A DNA stretch of 64,000 nucleotides from the NCBI RefSeq assembly GCF_006345805.1, contig NC_042999.1, positions 186,001 to 250,000 on the forward strand, read 5' to 3'. The DNA comes from Octopus sinensis (taxonomy: Eukaryota). The position numbers and the translations under genes are program-made. Below the pieces are notes generated by a model, which ran no database searches, was not told where the DNA came from, and saw only the letters and a program-made list of their open reading frames with translations. Positions 28,221-40,015 of the stretch are shown one piece after another (within the stretch, counting starts at the first letter, position 1; every line of letters starts with the position of its first letter).

Positions 28221-28673
28221 TTAATTTCTCTGTGTCAGTATGTTCGGATGGTTGAGTCTGGTTTTGTACTTTTCAATGAAGAATGTTTCCTTGTTCAGTC
28301 TCATTTGTGTTGATGATCCGAAAGCACATTGGTAAAATGGGAAGATTAAAAATTGTGGCAGTAGTTGCTTTGCGCATTTCTCAATGTGCTCACTAAAAGG
28401 TATCATTCTATATTCTGGGAATGCAATCTGTTGTCGATGCAGTGTGCATCTGCGCCTGAGTGATAATCCCGTGGAACCCACGTAGTCTTGGTGGCAGCCC
28501 GAGCATTTAATAACATAAATTATGTTTTCAGAGGCACAAGTAAAGTTAGATTTGATCTTAAATTTCTGTCCCTCTTTAAAGAAGAATTCTGATCCTTCCA
28601 ATAGGTTAGGACATGTTGCACAGTTCGATCTACCACATTTTTTTACTTTTGCATCCGTAATTTTAGAAGACAA
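28221..28673 (-). pseudogene. GIY-YIG endonuclease domain of the left arm
   Basis: Same 150 aa as 33292-33744 except one P/T difference. Confidence 0.92.
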
Positions 28674-31600
28674 TTTTGCCTTTGTGAGAATCTTTTTAAG
28701 TGATTTAGGCTGTTTGTAGCTTTTAATGATTTGGTGTATGTTTAGAATTTCCTTTAATTTTGGGTTTTTATGAAGTATTGGTAAATTCTGGTGATGATGG
28801 TGAAGGCTTCTTTGTTTCTGGGGTTGTATGTAGATATGTAAGGTAGTATTTTCGGGGAAGGTGTGTTGTTGTGTTGAACTTTTCTTAAAGTTTCTATGTT
28901 GATTTCTGTTGCACGTCTGATCCCATCCTCTATGAGTTGAGCTGGGTAATGTCTGTCAATTAGGGTGTTTTTGAGTTCTTGCAGTCTCAAGTTCCTGGTA
29001 TTTTGTTCTGACACTATTGTGCATATCCTTCTTGCAAGGTTGAAGGGGATGTTTGTTTTAGTGTGTCTTGGGTGGCATGAATTAAAAAGAAGGTATTGTT
29101 TGGCGTCTGTGGCTTTGTAAAAAATGTCTGTTTCTATTTTAAGGTTAATTTTTTTAATTAGTATATCCAAGAACGGGAGCTCCTTTTGGTTGTATTCCAT
29201 TGTGAACTGTATATTTGGGTTTATGCTGTTCAATAGGTTTTTAAATTTTAGGAGTTTATCTATGTTTTCATTCCAGAGAATGAAACAATCGTTTAGGAAT
29301 CGTTTCCAATCTCTTTTATGTATTGAGAGAGGGAGTTTCCAAAGATTGATAGAGATTCCTGGTAAATGATTATTTCCATGTATCCCATTGTTAAGTTCGC
29401 AATGACTGGTGCTGCCCTTGTACCCATAGCAATTCCGGATTTTTGACGGTAAAATGTATTGTCAAACATGAAGTGGTTATTGTGTAGGATGAATTCAATT
29501 GATTTAGTAATGAATTCCTTACTGATCCTTTTTGGTATTTCTTCCGGAAATTGGTCTAACCAGAATTGTATTGCCTATTGCCTCCATCCATAATTATGAG
29601 ATACTGGTATACAAGTTGACTACATCAAATGAAACCAGGATTGTTTCTTCCTTGGTTTTTTTGGGAGGTGGTTTAACATATCTAAGTCATCTCTGATATG
29701 GCTATCGATATGTTTAAGGAAGGGTTTCAAGAGGATGTCCATAAGTAGACTTAGTCTGTGTGTTTCACAGGTTGGGCCAGCTACAATGGGTCGTAGTTTT
29801 AGGTCCCCCGGATTAGGTGTGTGTATGTATGTCTTTGGTGATTTTTTAATGGTTTCATTTATAATTTGACTTATATGAATTTTTGGCAGACCATAGAAAA
29901 GGCTAGGTTTGCATTTAAAGTTTGTTAGGAAATCAATCTCTTTGGTTGTCAGTTCCTTTTCATGGGTTTTAATTAGTGAAGATAGAGTTTTCATTATTTT
30001 TTGTGGGGTGTAGTTGGTAATTTTTTCATAATGTAGGTCTTCATCAAGCAAGGAAATTACAAGATTTCTGTAGTATGATGTATCCATTATTACAACTGCA
30101 TTTCCCTTGTCCGCTTCCTTAATGGTTATATCTTCATCATTTTGGAGTTCTATCAGTTCTTTCCATTGTGTAGTGTTAAAATTTGGGTTAGCTTTCTGTT
30201 TATGTATAGTATGGTAGGGGAAGTTCTCAATGTGGTTACAGAATTCGTCAAGATCTTTATTTCTTCCTCTGTGTGGGATGTGTTCACTTTTGTTCTTGAC
30301 TAGTGATTCATCTTCAGTATTGAAACTGTTTGATGCTTCTGCTAGTCTTAATTTTCTGCAAAATTCTGTTATATTATCCTTGAGTTCATTTAGGTTTGCT
30401 CTGCGTGGAGTTGGTGTAAATTTGAGCCCTTTTGCGGATGTCAATTTTTATGTTAGAAAGAGGTTTGGTTGAAAGATTGATTATCTTCGGTTTTTCCTTA
30501 TTACTAGGTTCAGCCTGTGTCCTGGTTCCCTGGTCCCTGGCTAAAAATGTTGGGTGTAATTTTGTTTGTATGAGTTGTCTGTGAGGTTGTGTGTATTTGG
30601 TCGGGGGAGTGGTGGTATTGTTGCCTCCGATCGTTGTGTGTGGGGGGAATCTATGGTTGTTAATGCTTGTGGTGTGTGTAAAATTTCTGTATGGGGAATA
30701 TTTTTGTTTCGAACTTCTTGTATGTGGGATGTTGCTTGACATAGTGTTTCTTTGCGTTTGTCTTGTGTTTAGTGGGACCAGTAGTTTTGGTTCATGGGGT
30801 AGTAGTGATTTGTGTGTGGTGTATTTCTTATCCTAGTGTCGTATTGTGCTGTATGGTGGTTGGTCTGGTATTAGGATGTTGTTGGTTTGTTCTGTTTTTG
30901 GTGTAATTTCTTTCATAGACGCGTCCTCTTTCAGCTAGTTCCCTGTTAGGTCTAGCGTGGTTTGTAAAGGTTGGTTGTGGGTGATTTCTGTTTTTAGTGT
31001 ATGGAGGATAGTTGGGGGTTGTTCGTGGGTGTTGTTAGGTTTTTCTTTTTTATTTATTGTAATTTTCTTAAGGAAGGGATTATTTGTACCAAATTCATTT
31101 TTGAAGGTTTACTATATTTTGGAAGAAGTCCATGTTTTCTCTCCACGTAGGAGAGAATTTCTCTCCCCATGAACCAAACTACTGGTCCCCACTAAACACA
31201 AGACAAACGCAAAGAAACACTATGTCAAGCAACATCCCACATACAAGAAGTTCGAAACAAAAATATTCCCCATACAGAAATTTTACACACACCACAAGCA
31301 TTAACAACCATAGACTCCCCACACACACAACGATCGGAGGCAACAATACCACCACTCCCCCGACCAAATACCACACAACCTCACAGACAACTCATACAAA
31401 CAAAATTACACCCAACATTTTTTAGCCAGGGACCAGGGACACCAGGACACAGGCTGGAACCTAGTAATAAGGAAAACCGAAGATAATCAATCTTTCAACC
31501 AAACCTCTTTCTAACATAAAAATTGACATCCTCGCAAAAGGGCTCAAATTTACACCAACTCCACGCAGAGCAAACCTAAATGAACTCAAGATAATATAAC

Positions 31601-33291
31601 AGAATTTTGCAGAAAATTAAGACTAGCAGAAGCATCAAACAGTTTCAATACTGAAGATGAATCACTAGTCAAGAACAAAAGTGAACACATCCCACACAGA
31701 GGAAGAAATAAAGATCTTGACGAATTCTGTAACCACATTGAGAACTTCCCCTACCATACTATACATAAACAGAAAGCTAACCCAAATTTTAACACTACAC
31801 AATGGAAAGAACTGATAGAACTCCAAAATGATGAAGATATAACCATTAAGGAAGCGGACAAGGGAAATGCAGTTGTAATAATGGATACATCATACTACAG
31901 AAATCTTGTAATTTCCTTGCTTGTGATGAAGACCTACATTATGAAAAAATTACCAACTACACCCCACAAAAAATAATGAAAACTCTATCTTCACTAATTA
32001 AAACCCATGAAAAGGAACTGACAACCAAGAGATTGATTTCCTAACAAACTTTAAATGCAAACCTAGCCTTTTCTATGGTCTGCCAAAAATTCATATAAGT
32101 CAAATTATAAATGAAACCATTAAAAAATCACCAAAGACATACATACACACACCTAATCCGGGGGACCTAAAACTACGACCCATTGTAGCTGGCCCAACCT
32201 GTGAAACACACAGACTAAGTCTACTTATGGACATCCTCTTGAAACCCTTCCTTAAACATATCGATAGCCATATCAGAGATGACTTAGATATGTTAAAAAC
32301 CCCCCAAAAAAAACCAAGGAAGAAACAATCCTGGTTTCATTTGATGTAGTCAACTTGTATACCAGTATTCCTCATAATTATGGACTGGAGGCAATACAAT
32401 TCTGGTTAGACCAATTTCCGGAAGAAATACCAAAAAGGATCAGTAAGGAATTCATTACTAAATCAATTGAATTCATCCTACACAATAACCACTTCATGTT
32501 TGACAATACATTTTACCGTCAAAAATCCGGAATTGCTATGGGTACAAGGGCAGCACCAGTCATTGCGAACTTAACAATGGGATACATGGAAATAATCATT
32601 TACCAGGAATCTCTATCAATCTTTGGAAACTCCCTCTCTCAATACATAAAAGAGAATTGGAAACGATTCCTAAACGATTGTTTCATTCTCTGGAATGAAA
32701 ACATAGATAAACTCCTAAAATTTAAAAACCTATTGAACAGCATAAACCCAAATTACAGTTCACAATGGAATACAACCAAAAGGAGCTCCCGTTCTTGGAT
32801 ATACTAATTAAAAAAATTAACCTTAAAATAGAAACAGACATTTTTTACAAAGCCACAGACGCCAAACAATACCTTCTTTTTAATTCATGCCACCCAAGAC
32901 ACACTAAAACAAACATCCCCTTCAACCTTGCAAGAAGGATATGCACAATAGTGTCAGAACAAAATACCAGGAACTTGAGACTGCAAGAACTCAAAAACAC
33001 CCTAATTGACAGACATTACCCAGCTCAACTCATAGAGGATGGGATCAGACGTGCAACAGAATCAACATAGAAACTTTAAGAAAAGTTCAACACAACAACA
33101 CACCTTCCCCGAAAATACTACCTTACATATCTACATACAACCCCAGAAACAAAGAAGCCTTCACCATCATCACCCAGAATTTACCAATACTTCATAAAAA
33201 CCCAAAATTAAAGGAAATTCTAAACATACACCAAATCATTAAAAGCTACAAACAGCCTAAATCACTTAAAAAGATTCTCACAAAGGCAAAA

Positions 33292-33744
33292 TTGTCTTCT
33301 AAAATTACGGATGCAAAAGTAAAAAAATGTGGTAGATCGAACTGTGCAACATGTCCTAACCTATTGGAAGGATCAGAATTCTTCTTTAAAGAGGGACAGA
33401 AATTTAAGATCAAATCTAACTTTACTTGTGCCTCTGAAAACATAATTTATGTTATTAAATGCTCGGGCTGCCACCAAGACTACGTGGGTTCCACGGGATT
33501 ATCACTCAGGCGCAGATGCACACTGCATCGACAACAGATTGCATTCCCAGAATATAGAATGATACCTTTTAGTGAGCACATTGAGAAATGCGCAAAGCAA
33601 CTACTGCCACAATTTTTAATCTTCCCATTTTACCAATGTGCTTTCGGATCATCAACACAAATGAGACTGAACAAGGAAACATTCTTCATTGAAAAGTACA
33701 AACCCAGACTCAACCATCCGAACATACTGACACAGAGAAATTAA
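33292..33744 (+). pseudogene. GIY-YIG endonuclease domain of the right arm
   Basis: CGRSNCATC Cys linker, NIIYVIKCSGCHQDYVGST (GIY-YIG with CxxC insert), downstream conserved R, H, H and E. This pattern is typical of Neptune-clade PLEs. Confidence 0.92.
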
Positions 33745-33880
33745 CAAGGAAAAAGGAAAAAAAATTTTTAAGCGATTATCTCTCCTACACCGGAAAAAAT
33801 GACCCACTACCTCCCCTTATTTAGAAATCTCCTGGAAATAAAAACAACGATAATTCCATGCAATATAAACATAACGTCAC

Positions 33881-33920
33881 AAGAAATTTGAAAAGCTACA
33901 CGCGAAACCGGTAATTTCTT
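33881..33920 (+). ncRNA. Minimal type I hammerhead ribozyme (U3-A8 core variant) in the PLE 3' end
   Basis: AAGAAAT (helix I) / TTGAAAA core / GC-TACAC-GC (helix II) / GAAA / CCGG palindromic helix III / TA cleavage site / ATTTCTT (helix I, 7 bp perfect). Confidence 0.8.
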
Positions 33921-34067
33921 TAAAAAATTTTAAAATTATGTCATTTTAAGGAAAGGAAAAAAAATTTTTCCAATATTCTCCAGACATTTTGACACAAATA
34001 TATATATTTTTTAACATTTAAGCCTTCTGTCGTTTTTTCACACTTTACTATTTTCTTATATATATAT

Positions 34068-34111
<44 letters not shown>

Positions 34112-34139
34112 ATATATTATATATATATATGTAGGGTAT

Positions 34140-34194
<55 letters not shown>

Positions 34195-34574
34195 GTCACT
34201 TTCATAAAACCCACTTCTCCTCCTTCTCTGACATTTATTCTCAGAAAAGTATCCTTCTCCCCTAAATTTGTATTTGATGATTTTTATTCCCTTTTTTTTT
34301 CTATTGAAGTCCTAGTCCAAACACATTCTCTCCCCTCTGGGTGGACTTGATAATTGAAGCTGTCAAATCTCGGATATTTTGGAATTAGAATTAGTGAGAA
34401 ACGATAAATTTAGATAAAAAAAAAAACGTGGAACTAGCATGACGTAATTTTTGGATATAAACTTCATCTTCGCAATGTTGGAGGCTGGGGAGGGGTTTCA
34501 TATGACTACTATTACACAGGAAACAAAACAAAAAAACAGCTACAAAACAAATAAATTCTATAAAGTAAAAAGAG

Positions 34575-34716
34575 AAACTACTACTACTACCACTACTACT
34601 GCTGCTGCTACCACAGCTACTATGACTACTGCTGCTGCTGTTACTACTACTATTGCTGCTACTCCCTCCACCACTACCATCACCACTACCATCACCACTA
34701 CCACTACTACTTCCAT

Positions 34717-34765
<49 letters not shown>

Positions 34766-35009
34766 GCTACTACTGCTGCTGCTGCTGCTGTTACCACTAC
34801 TATTCCTGCCACCACCACCACCACCACTACTATTACTACTACAACTAATACTTCTGCTACTACGACTACTGCTGCTACCATCACTACTACTACTGCTACT
34901 ACTACTACTAATAATAATAATAAATAATGATGATGATGATAAAGATAATAATACATTTTGTCTATCTCTCTACCTACCTACCTACCTACCTACCTACCTA
35001 CCTACCTAC

Positions 35010-35068
<59 letters not shown>
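34575..35068. repeat. Compound (ACT/ACC/GCT)n, (AAT/GAT)n, (CCTA)n(TCTA)n microsatellite
   Basis: Direct inspection. Confidence 0.95.
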
Positions 35069-35069
<1 letters not shown>

Positions 35070-36995
35070 TGCGGGACGAGCGTGTCTGCATACGCGGACG
35101 ACGTCACCGTCATAGTGTCAAGCCACGAGCACATCGAGCACATCGAGCACATCGAGACACTGAAAGACTACGAAGCGGTGACAGGAGCAAAAATCAACCG
35201 GGAAAAGTCAGTGGGCTTGCGGCTCGGCACCTGGAGAAGCAAGCCCATGCCGTCCACCAGTACCTCCGTCGTGGGACGCTGGACAGACGGCCCGGTTGAG
35301 TTGCTCGGGGTCTGGTTCGGTCCGGACCTCCAAATGGAGAAGAACTGGAACGAGATAACGAGTAGGGTGGTCACTCTCGCCCAGCAATGGGCCGAGAGGA
35401 AACTGTCCCTAAAAGGTCGGGCGGAGGTGGTGTGAAACGCGTACATCGCGTCCATCATCTACTACCGCCTGACCGTCGTACCTTGGCCCGACCCTACCAT
35501 CACCAAACTAGAACGCATCCTCTTCCGCTTCTTGTGGAAAGGATGCGTCCCGATGGTCAGGCGATCCATTTGCTGTCAACACCCGTTAAAAGGAGGACTG
35601 GGCATGCCGTGGTTGATGATGCGCTGACACGTGCTGAGACTGCAGCATCTCCGGCTCTACGTAGACGACGGTGAACAGGTGTGGTCGCCGTTTGTGAGGC
35701 ACGCTTTCCGGCAACTCGTCTCCATGACCGAACTGTAGTCGTGGATCAAAAAGAGGCCGAGGAAGGTCGAATGGCACCCCAAGTGTCGCGTTGCTCTCAA
35801 GCAACTATGCCGTCCCGAGTTGACTTTAGCGACTTCAACACAATCAAAGCATTCTATAGGGGATTAGTGGAGGGGAGGTACAACGACAAGCTCGGGGTAA
35901 ACCTGGGCGTCGACGAGGAATACCTGACCCGCCTGTTTCAAACGGCTTTCGGCCCGGGACCTATGGACAACTTCCAGAGATCCTGGCCTGGCGGTGCTAC
36001 CGAGAAGCGCTACCCGTTCGGGATAAGCTCTATAGCATGGCTCGAGAAACACGGGGCCGACCTGCCCGAGATGCGGTCAGAGCGACGAAACCGCTCTGCA
36101 CGCAATCGTGCAGTGTCCAGCAATTTCCGACCTGTGGGCTTATGTCGAACGACTGCTGTCACGTGTGGGACGAGTCGGTTTATCAGCCGAGTCTATCGTT
36201 AATATCGTCATGCCTCCTTCCTTCAAACGGGAAAAGAGAGCTATTTTATCATACTTGTGGCTATGGCGAAAGAATGTATCTGGTGGACGCGCCTGAAAGG
36301 ATTAGAGACAAACACTTTCCTCTCTGGTCAATCTCTCATCAACTTCTTCAAGTATCACTTGAAGAAAAAAGTGAGAGTAGAGAGGCAAGTTTTGTCTAGT
36401 GAATGTTTTAAAAAAAGATGGGTGAATGTAGCAAGGATGGCACGTATGAATGACGAAGCCACCTTGACTATGATTCTATGAACCGTAAAAATTAATACAG
36501 AGAGTTGCTTATTTGCAAAAAAAAAAAAGAAATATAACATGTGACTTCATTGACCGAGGTTACCGTGGTCTTTTCCGTAGGCTTTTCTTTCCACGGGTAA
36601 ACCTCACCTGTCCTCCCCTTTACACTTCATATTGACATTTCTGTGATAACGATCCCTATTATTCATTTTTTTTAACCCCTCCCTTTTTTTGTCCTCTTTC
36701 TTTCCTTTTACGATCCCTTTTGATCGAAAACCAAAACTCCCATTTTTTTTACCCCCAAAAGAAAAGCTCTACCTTGTTATTTGTTCTATCTGTGTGCATC
36801 CCTGTGTGGCTAATAAAGAAACATATCTATCTGTCTGTCTGTCGCTCTGTCTATCTATCTATTTACCCATCCCTTTTGATCGAAAACCTACGCCACTTTC
36901 TTTCTTTCTTTTTTTCAATCCCCCAAAAGAAAAGCTCTACCATCTAATTTGTCCCATCTGTGTGCAGCCCTGTGTGGCCAATAAAGAAACTTATC
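35069..36995 (+). mobile_element. 5'-truncated Tx1/L1-clade LINE: ORF2 RT C-terminal half to stop at 36481, plus 3' UTR with duplicated terminus
   Basis: AYADDVT, GAKINREKS, LSLKGRA, RFLWKG, PLKGGLGMP and a C-terminal WWTRLKG domain; several stops and frameshifts; GC-rich; (CTAT)n at both ends. Confidence 0.85.
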
Positions 36996-37769
36996 TATCT
37001 ATCTATCTCTTTGCCTGTCTGTGTGTTTGTCTGGCCCAAAAGCACTACAAAAGGCGGCACGATAACGTGATCAAATTTGTTGAGTGGAGGCTATGTAAAA
37101 CGTACGGCCTGGTCAGAGCGCAGAGACCCTGTGAGACCTCTGACAAGAGGCTGCCGACCGCTTTCACAGAATCAACCAGAGCAAACAAGGCCAGGCGGTC
37201 TGAGAAGTAAAATAATAACAACAACGACGACGACAACAACACCAACAATCCTTTCATTTATAGGCACAACGCCGAAAAGGTTTGGTGATGGTGCTTGTCA
37301 TTTACCTCGATTAGAGGTTTATTTTCTCGATCTGAAAAAAGATGAAAAGCTAAGTCGATCATGGTGATATTTGAACTAAGATACTAGGTCAGAAAAAATC
37401 TTACTAACAAAGGAAGATAGAAGGTATCGCATGAAGAACGAGGAAGCTGAAATTAAGAGTGAGAACGTACAAGGATTGTTAAAGGCAAATTATGGACGTT
37501 GATGGAAGACAAGAATATTTTGTACAAGTCACAATGAGATAATGAGCTAGGTGAGAAAACGAAATAGATAAGTTTTCCTAGAAACTAGTCAAAGGATTAT
37601 GAAAGAAATAACAATGTATAATTCCCGAGTGGGGGAGAAGGTTTATATCTGACACTGTGCAACAAAATGGGCCAAGGAATTTTCACTGGTACTGCTTCTT
37701 GAAAATAAGTAATATTGATAATAAAGTAATTATATTCATAATATAGTAATAACGATATTTTATTTGAAA

Positions 37770-38152
37770 CTAGCAGTATCGCCCGGCGTTGCTCGGGTTT
37801 GTAAGGGAAATAACTATATAAGCATTTTTAGAGAGTTATAGCAAAAAAATAGCAAAAAAATGCCTTAAAAATGGAAAAAAAATGATGGTAAATTTTTTTT
37901 GAATCGTTGACTCATCGTAGACATTTTTAGAGAGTTACTTCCCTTATCGAAAAAATACATTAAAATGGAAAAAATGATGGTAAATTTTTTTTAAAATCGT
38001 AGACTCATCGTAGACGCGCGCTAATACCCAGAAGGTATGAATCACGACTATAAGATACCCGGTTTTGGTTAAACTGCACCGCAAAATGTGGGAGTAGTTA
38101 GGAATCTAAATCGTAGGAGACAGACACACAACTTGACTTTTATATATAAAGA
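37770..38152 (-). mobile_element. Non-autonomous Helitron, copy 2 (383 bp), flanked by a 28-bp direct repeat
   Basis: Same termini as copy 1; 37742-37769 is identical to 38153-38180. Confidence 0.85.
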
Positions 38153-39002
38153 TATAGTAATAACGATATTTTATTTGAAATATGAATAAACTCACGAACG
38201 CTGTTCACCAGCATCGCCTTAATATTCAACACCGTTCATTTTCTGTTCTACACACACATTTCCTATCATGCAAATATATTTAAGGAACTTAGTCAATGTG
38301 TATTATTTAACTTCGGCACTAAATCCCATCAACGTATTTTTGTAGCCATTGTGAAAACCATCTTGATGTTGTAACTGGCAAGGTTTCAAAATTTGTTTAG
38401 TTAATCTTATAAAGTTACAAATACAACTCTTATAAGTGCTTCAGATATTTATCCTAATCTCTGCTAAACCTTTGTAAATATATGGCAATACAACTCCGAT
38501 AATCTATAGACGATCTGTCATATGCGACTAAATGTGGATGAAAAATATCTTTGGGAAAATGGGAAAAGAAAATTATATACACAAAACACACACACATATA
38601 TATGTGTGTATATATACGTATGCATGTATGTATGTATATACATAGATACATATATAAATATATATATATATATACGCACACATGTGTATATGTATGAGTG
38701 GATATGCACACACATCTATGTAAATAAATATATATTACAGATATTTGCGATGGAAGCATCATTAATACAGCAATCTTTATATCCTAGCTCAATATGGATC
38801 ATACAGACGCACGGTACTAAGAGAAGACGTATATCGTTAGCAGACGAGTATGGGCTCCGGAAGTACGAGATCGTGTGATTTCAGCATACTGCGTTTCCTC
38901 AGTGACAGTTACCCAGAAAAAATCAGAAACAACAAACTCCGAGTGGTGACTATACGGACTCAGTTTTAAATATATGAATATATAAATATATGTTGATCAC
39001 AG

Positions 39003-39100
39003 CCCTTTCGTTGCTATTCGCGACCACTTCAATGACCTGCTCTCTCTCTTCAAGGTCTGCCTCGAGTCTTTCCAGACGGAATCAAGCCAGACCTTGCGAC
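39003..39100 (+). CDS. Candidate internal exon (PFVAIRDHFNDLLSLFKVCLESFQTESSQTLR)
   Basis: CACAG acceptor, C|GTAAGG donor, stop-free frame, CpG-rich unique sequence; no homolog recognised. Confidence 0.3.
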
Positions 39101-39369
39101 GTAAGGACTTGGACTAACAAACAACCGTTTGTTTACCCAGCACATTAAACAAACAATCGATTAGTTAGTTGGTAGATATTTAACTAATTGACTAATAAGA
39201 AAGATGAGATATCGAACCAGTGCGTGTGTTATTATCATTGGCGTAATGACCCTCTCGAGACACAACATGATATATGTACATAAATGTATATACATATATG
39301 CTTATATATGTGTATGTATGTACGTACACATACACACAACAATCTACTTTACCAAGTTTGAAACCAATC

Positions 39370-39371
<2 letters not shown>

Positions 39372-39440
<69 letters not shown>

Positions 39441-39470
39441 GCCAAGTATCAAGATAGCTACATAGCTACT

Positions 39471-39525
<55 letters not shown>

Positions 39526-39601
39526 GTAGGTAGGTAGGTAGGTAGGTAGGTAGGTAGGTAGGTAGTAGGTAGGTAGGTAGGTAGGTAGGTAGGTAGGTAG
39601 G

Positions 39602-39662
<61 letters not shown>
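39372..39662. repeat. (TATC)n followed by oppositely oriented (GATA)n(GGTA)n(GATA)n
   Basis: Direct inspection. Confidence 0.95.
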
Positions 39663-39664
<2 letters not shown>

Positions 39665-40015
39665 CGGCGTTTTTAGTAGTTTGAAGACACCGAAATTTGT
39701 TTCGATTCAAGCATTTCAGTGTATTTTTATTACATTGTTTTACTGTTGTGAATTTAAATCTTGCTTTAGTTCGCTCAAATTTCCTGAAACAACAGTTATT
39801 ATTTTGTAATATTTTTACTGTTTACGTCCAGGTCACAACTATTTGGTAGCCCTCAGACAAAAGGAGTTCTTTTCAGACTTTCTTGACTATTATATTTTCT
39901 ATAATTTCCGATGTCTCTTTCGTGTTTATTTTTTCTATGACGATAGGGTCTGATTTGAAGGAAACTTGTATACTGTTTCTAAGAGGTCAATCAATCACAA
40001 AGAGAAACCTTGAAT

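Larger units (their letters stand above)
27914..31160 (-). mobile_element. Penelope-like retroelement (Neptune-type), left arm of the palindrome; frameshifted RT plus GIY-YIG ORF; 3' end at (TA)n
   Basis: ORF pieces 30386-30742, 29620-30444 (AKGLKFTPTP, IKEADKGNAVVIMD, LRPIVAGPTCET), 28754-29233 and 28221-28673 (GIY-YIG). The A/C-rich reading frame continues through 30800-31120 with two stops. Confidence 0.93.
31165..34056 (+). mobile_element. Penelope-like retroelement (Neptune-type), right arm; near-identical inverted copy of 27914-30799
   Basis: Reverse complement of the left arm from CCCCATGAACC to CACTTTACTATTTTC. RT motifs LVSFDVVNLYTSIPH, QKSGIAMGTRAAP and WKRFLND; ends in (TA)n. Confidence 0.93.

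Noticed and set aside
34451-34956. Thr-rich mucin-like ORF and its poly-Val antisense ORF; also poly-I/Y/H ORFs at 24718-25196
   Set aside because: Compound trinucleotide microsatellites with no splice signals or unique coding context.
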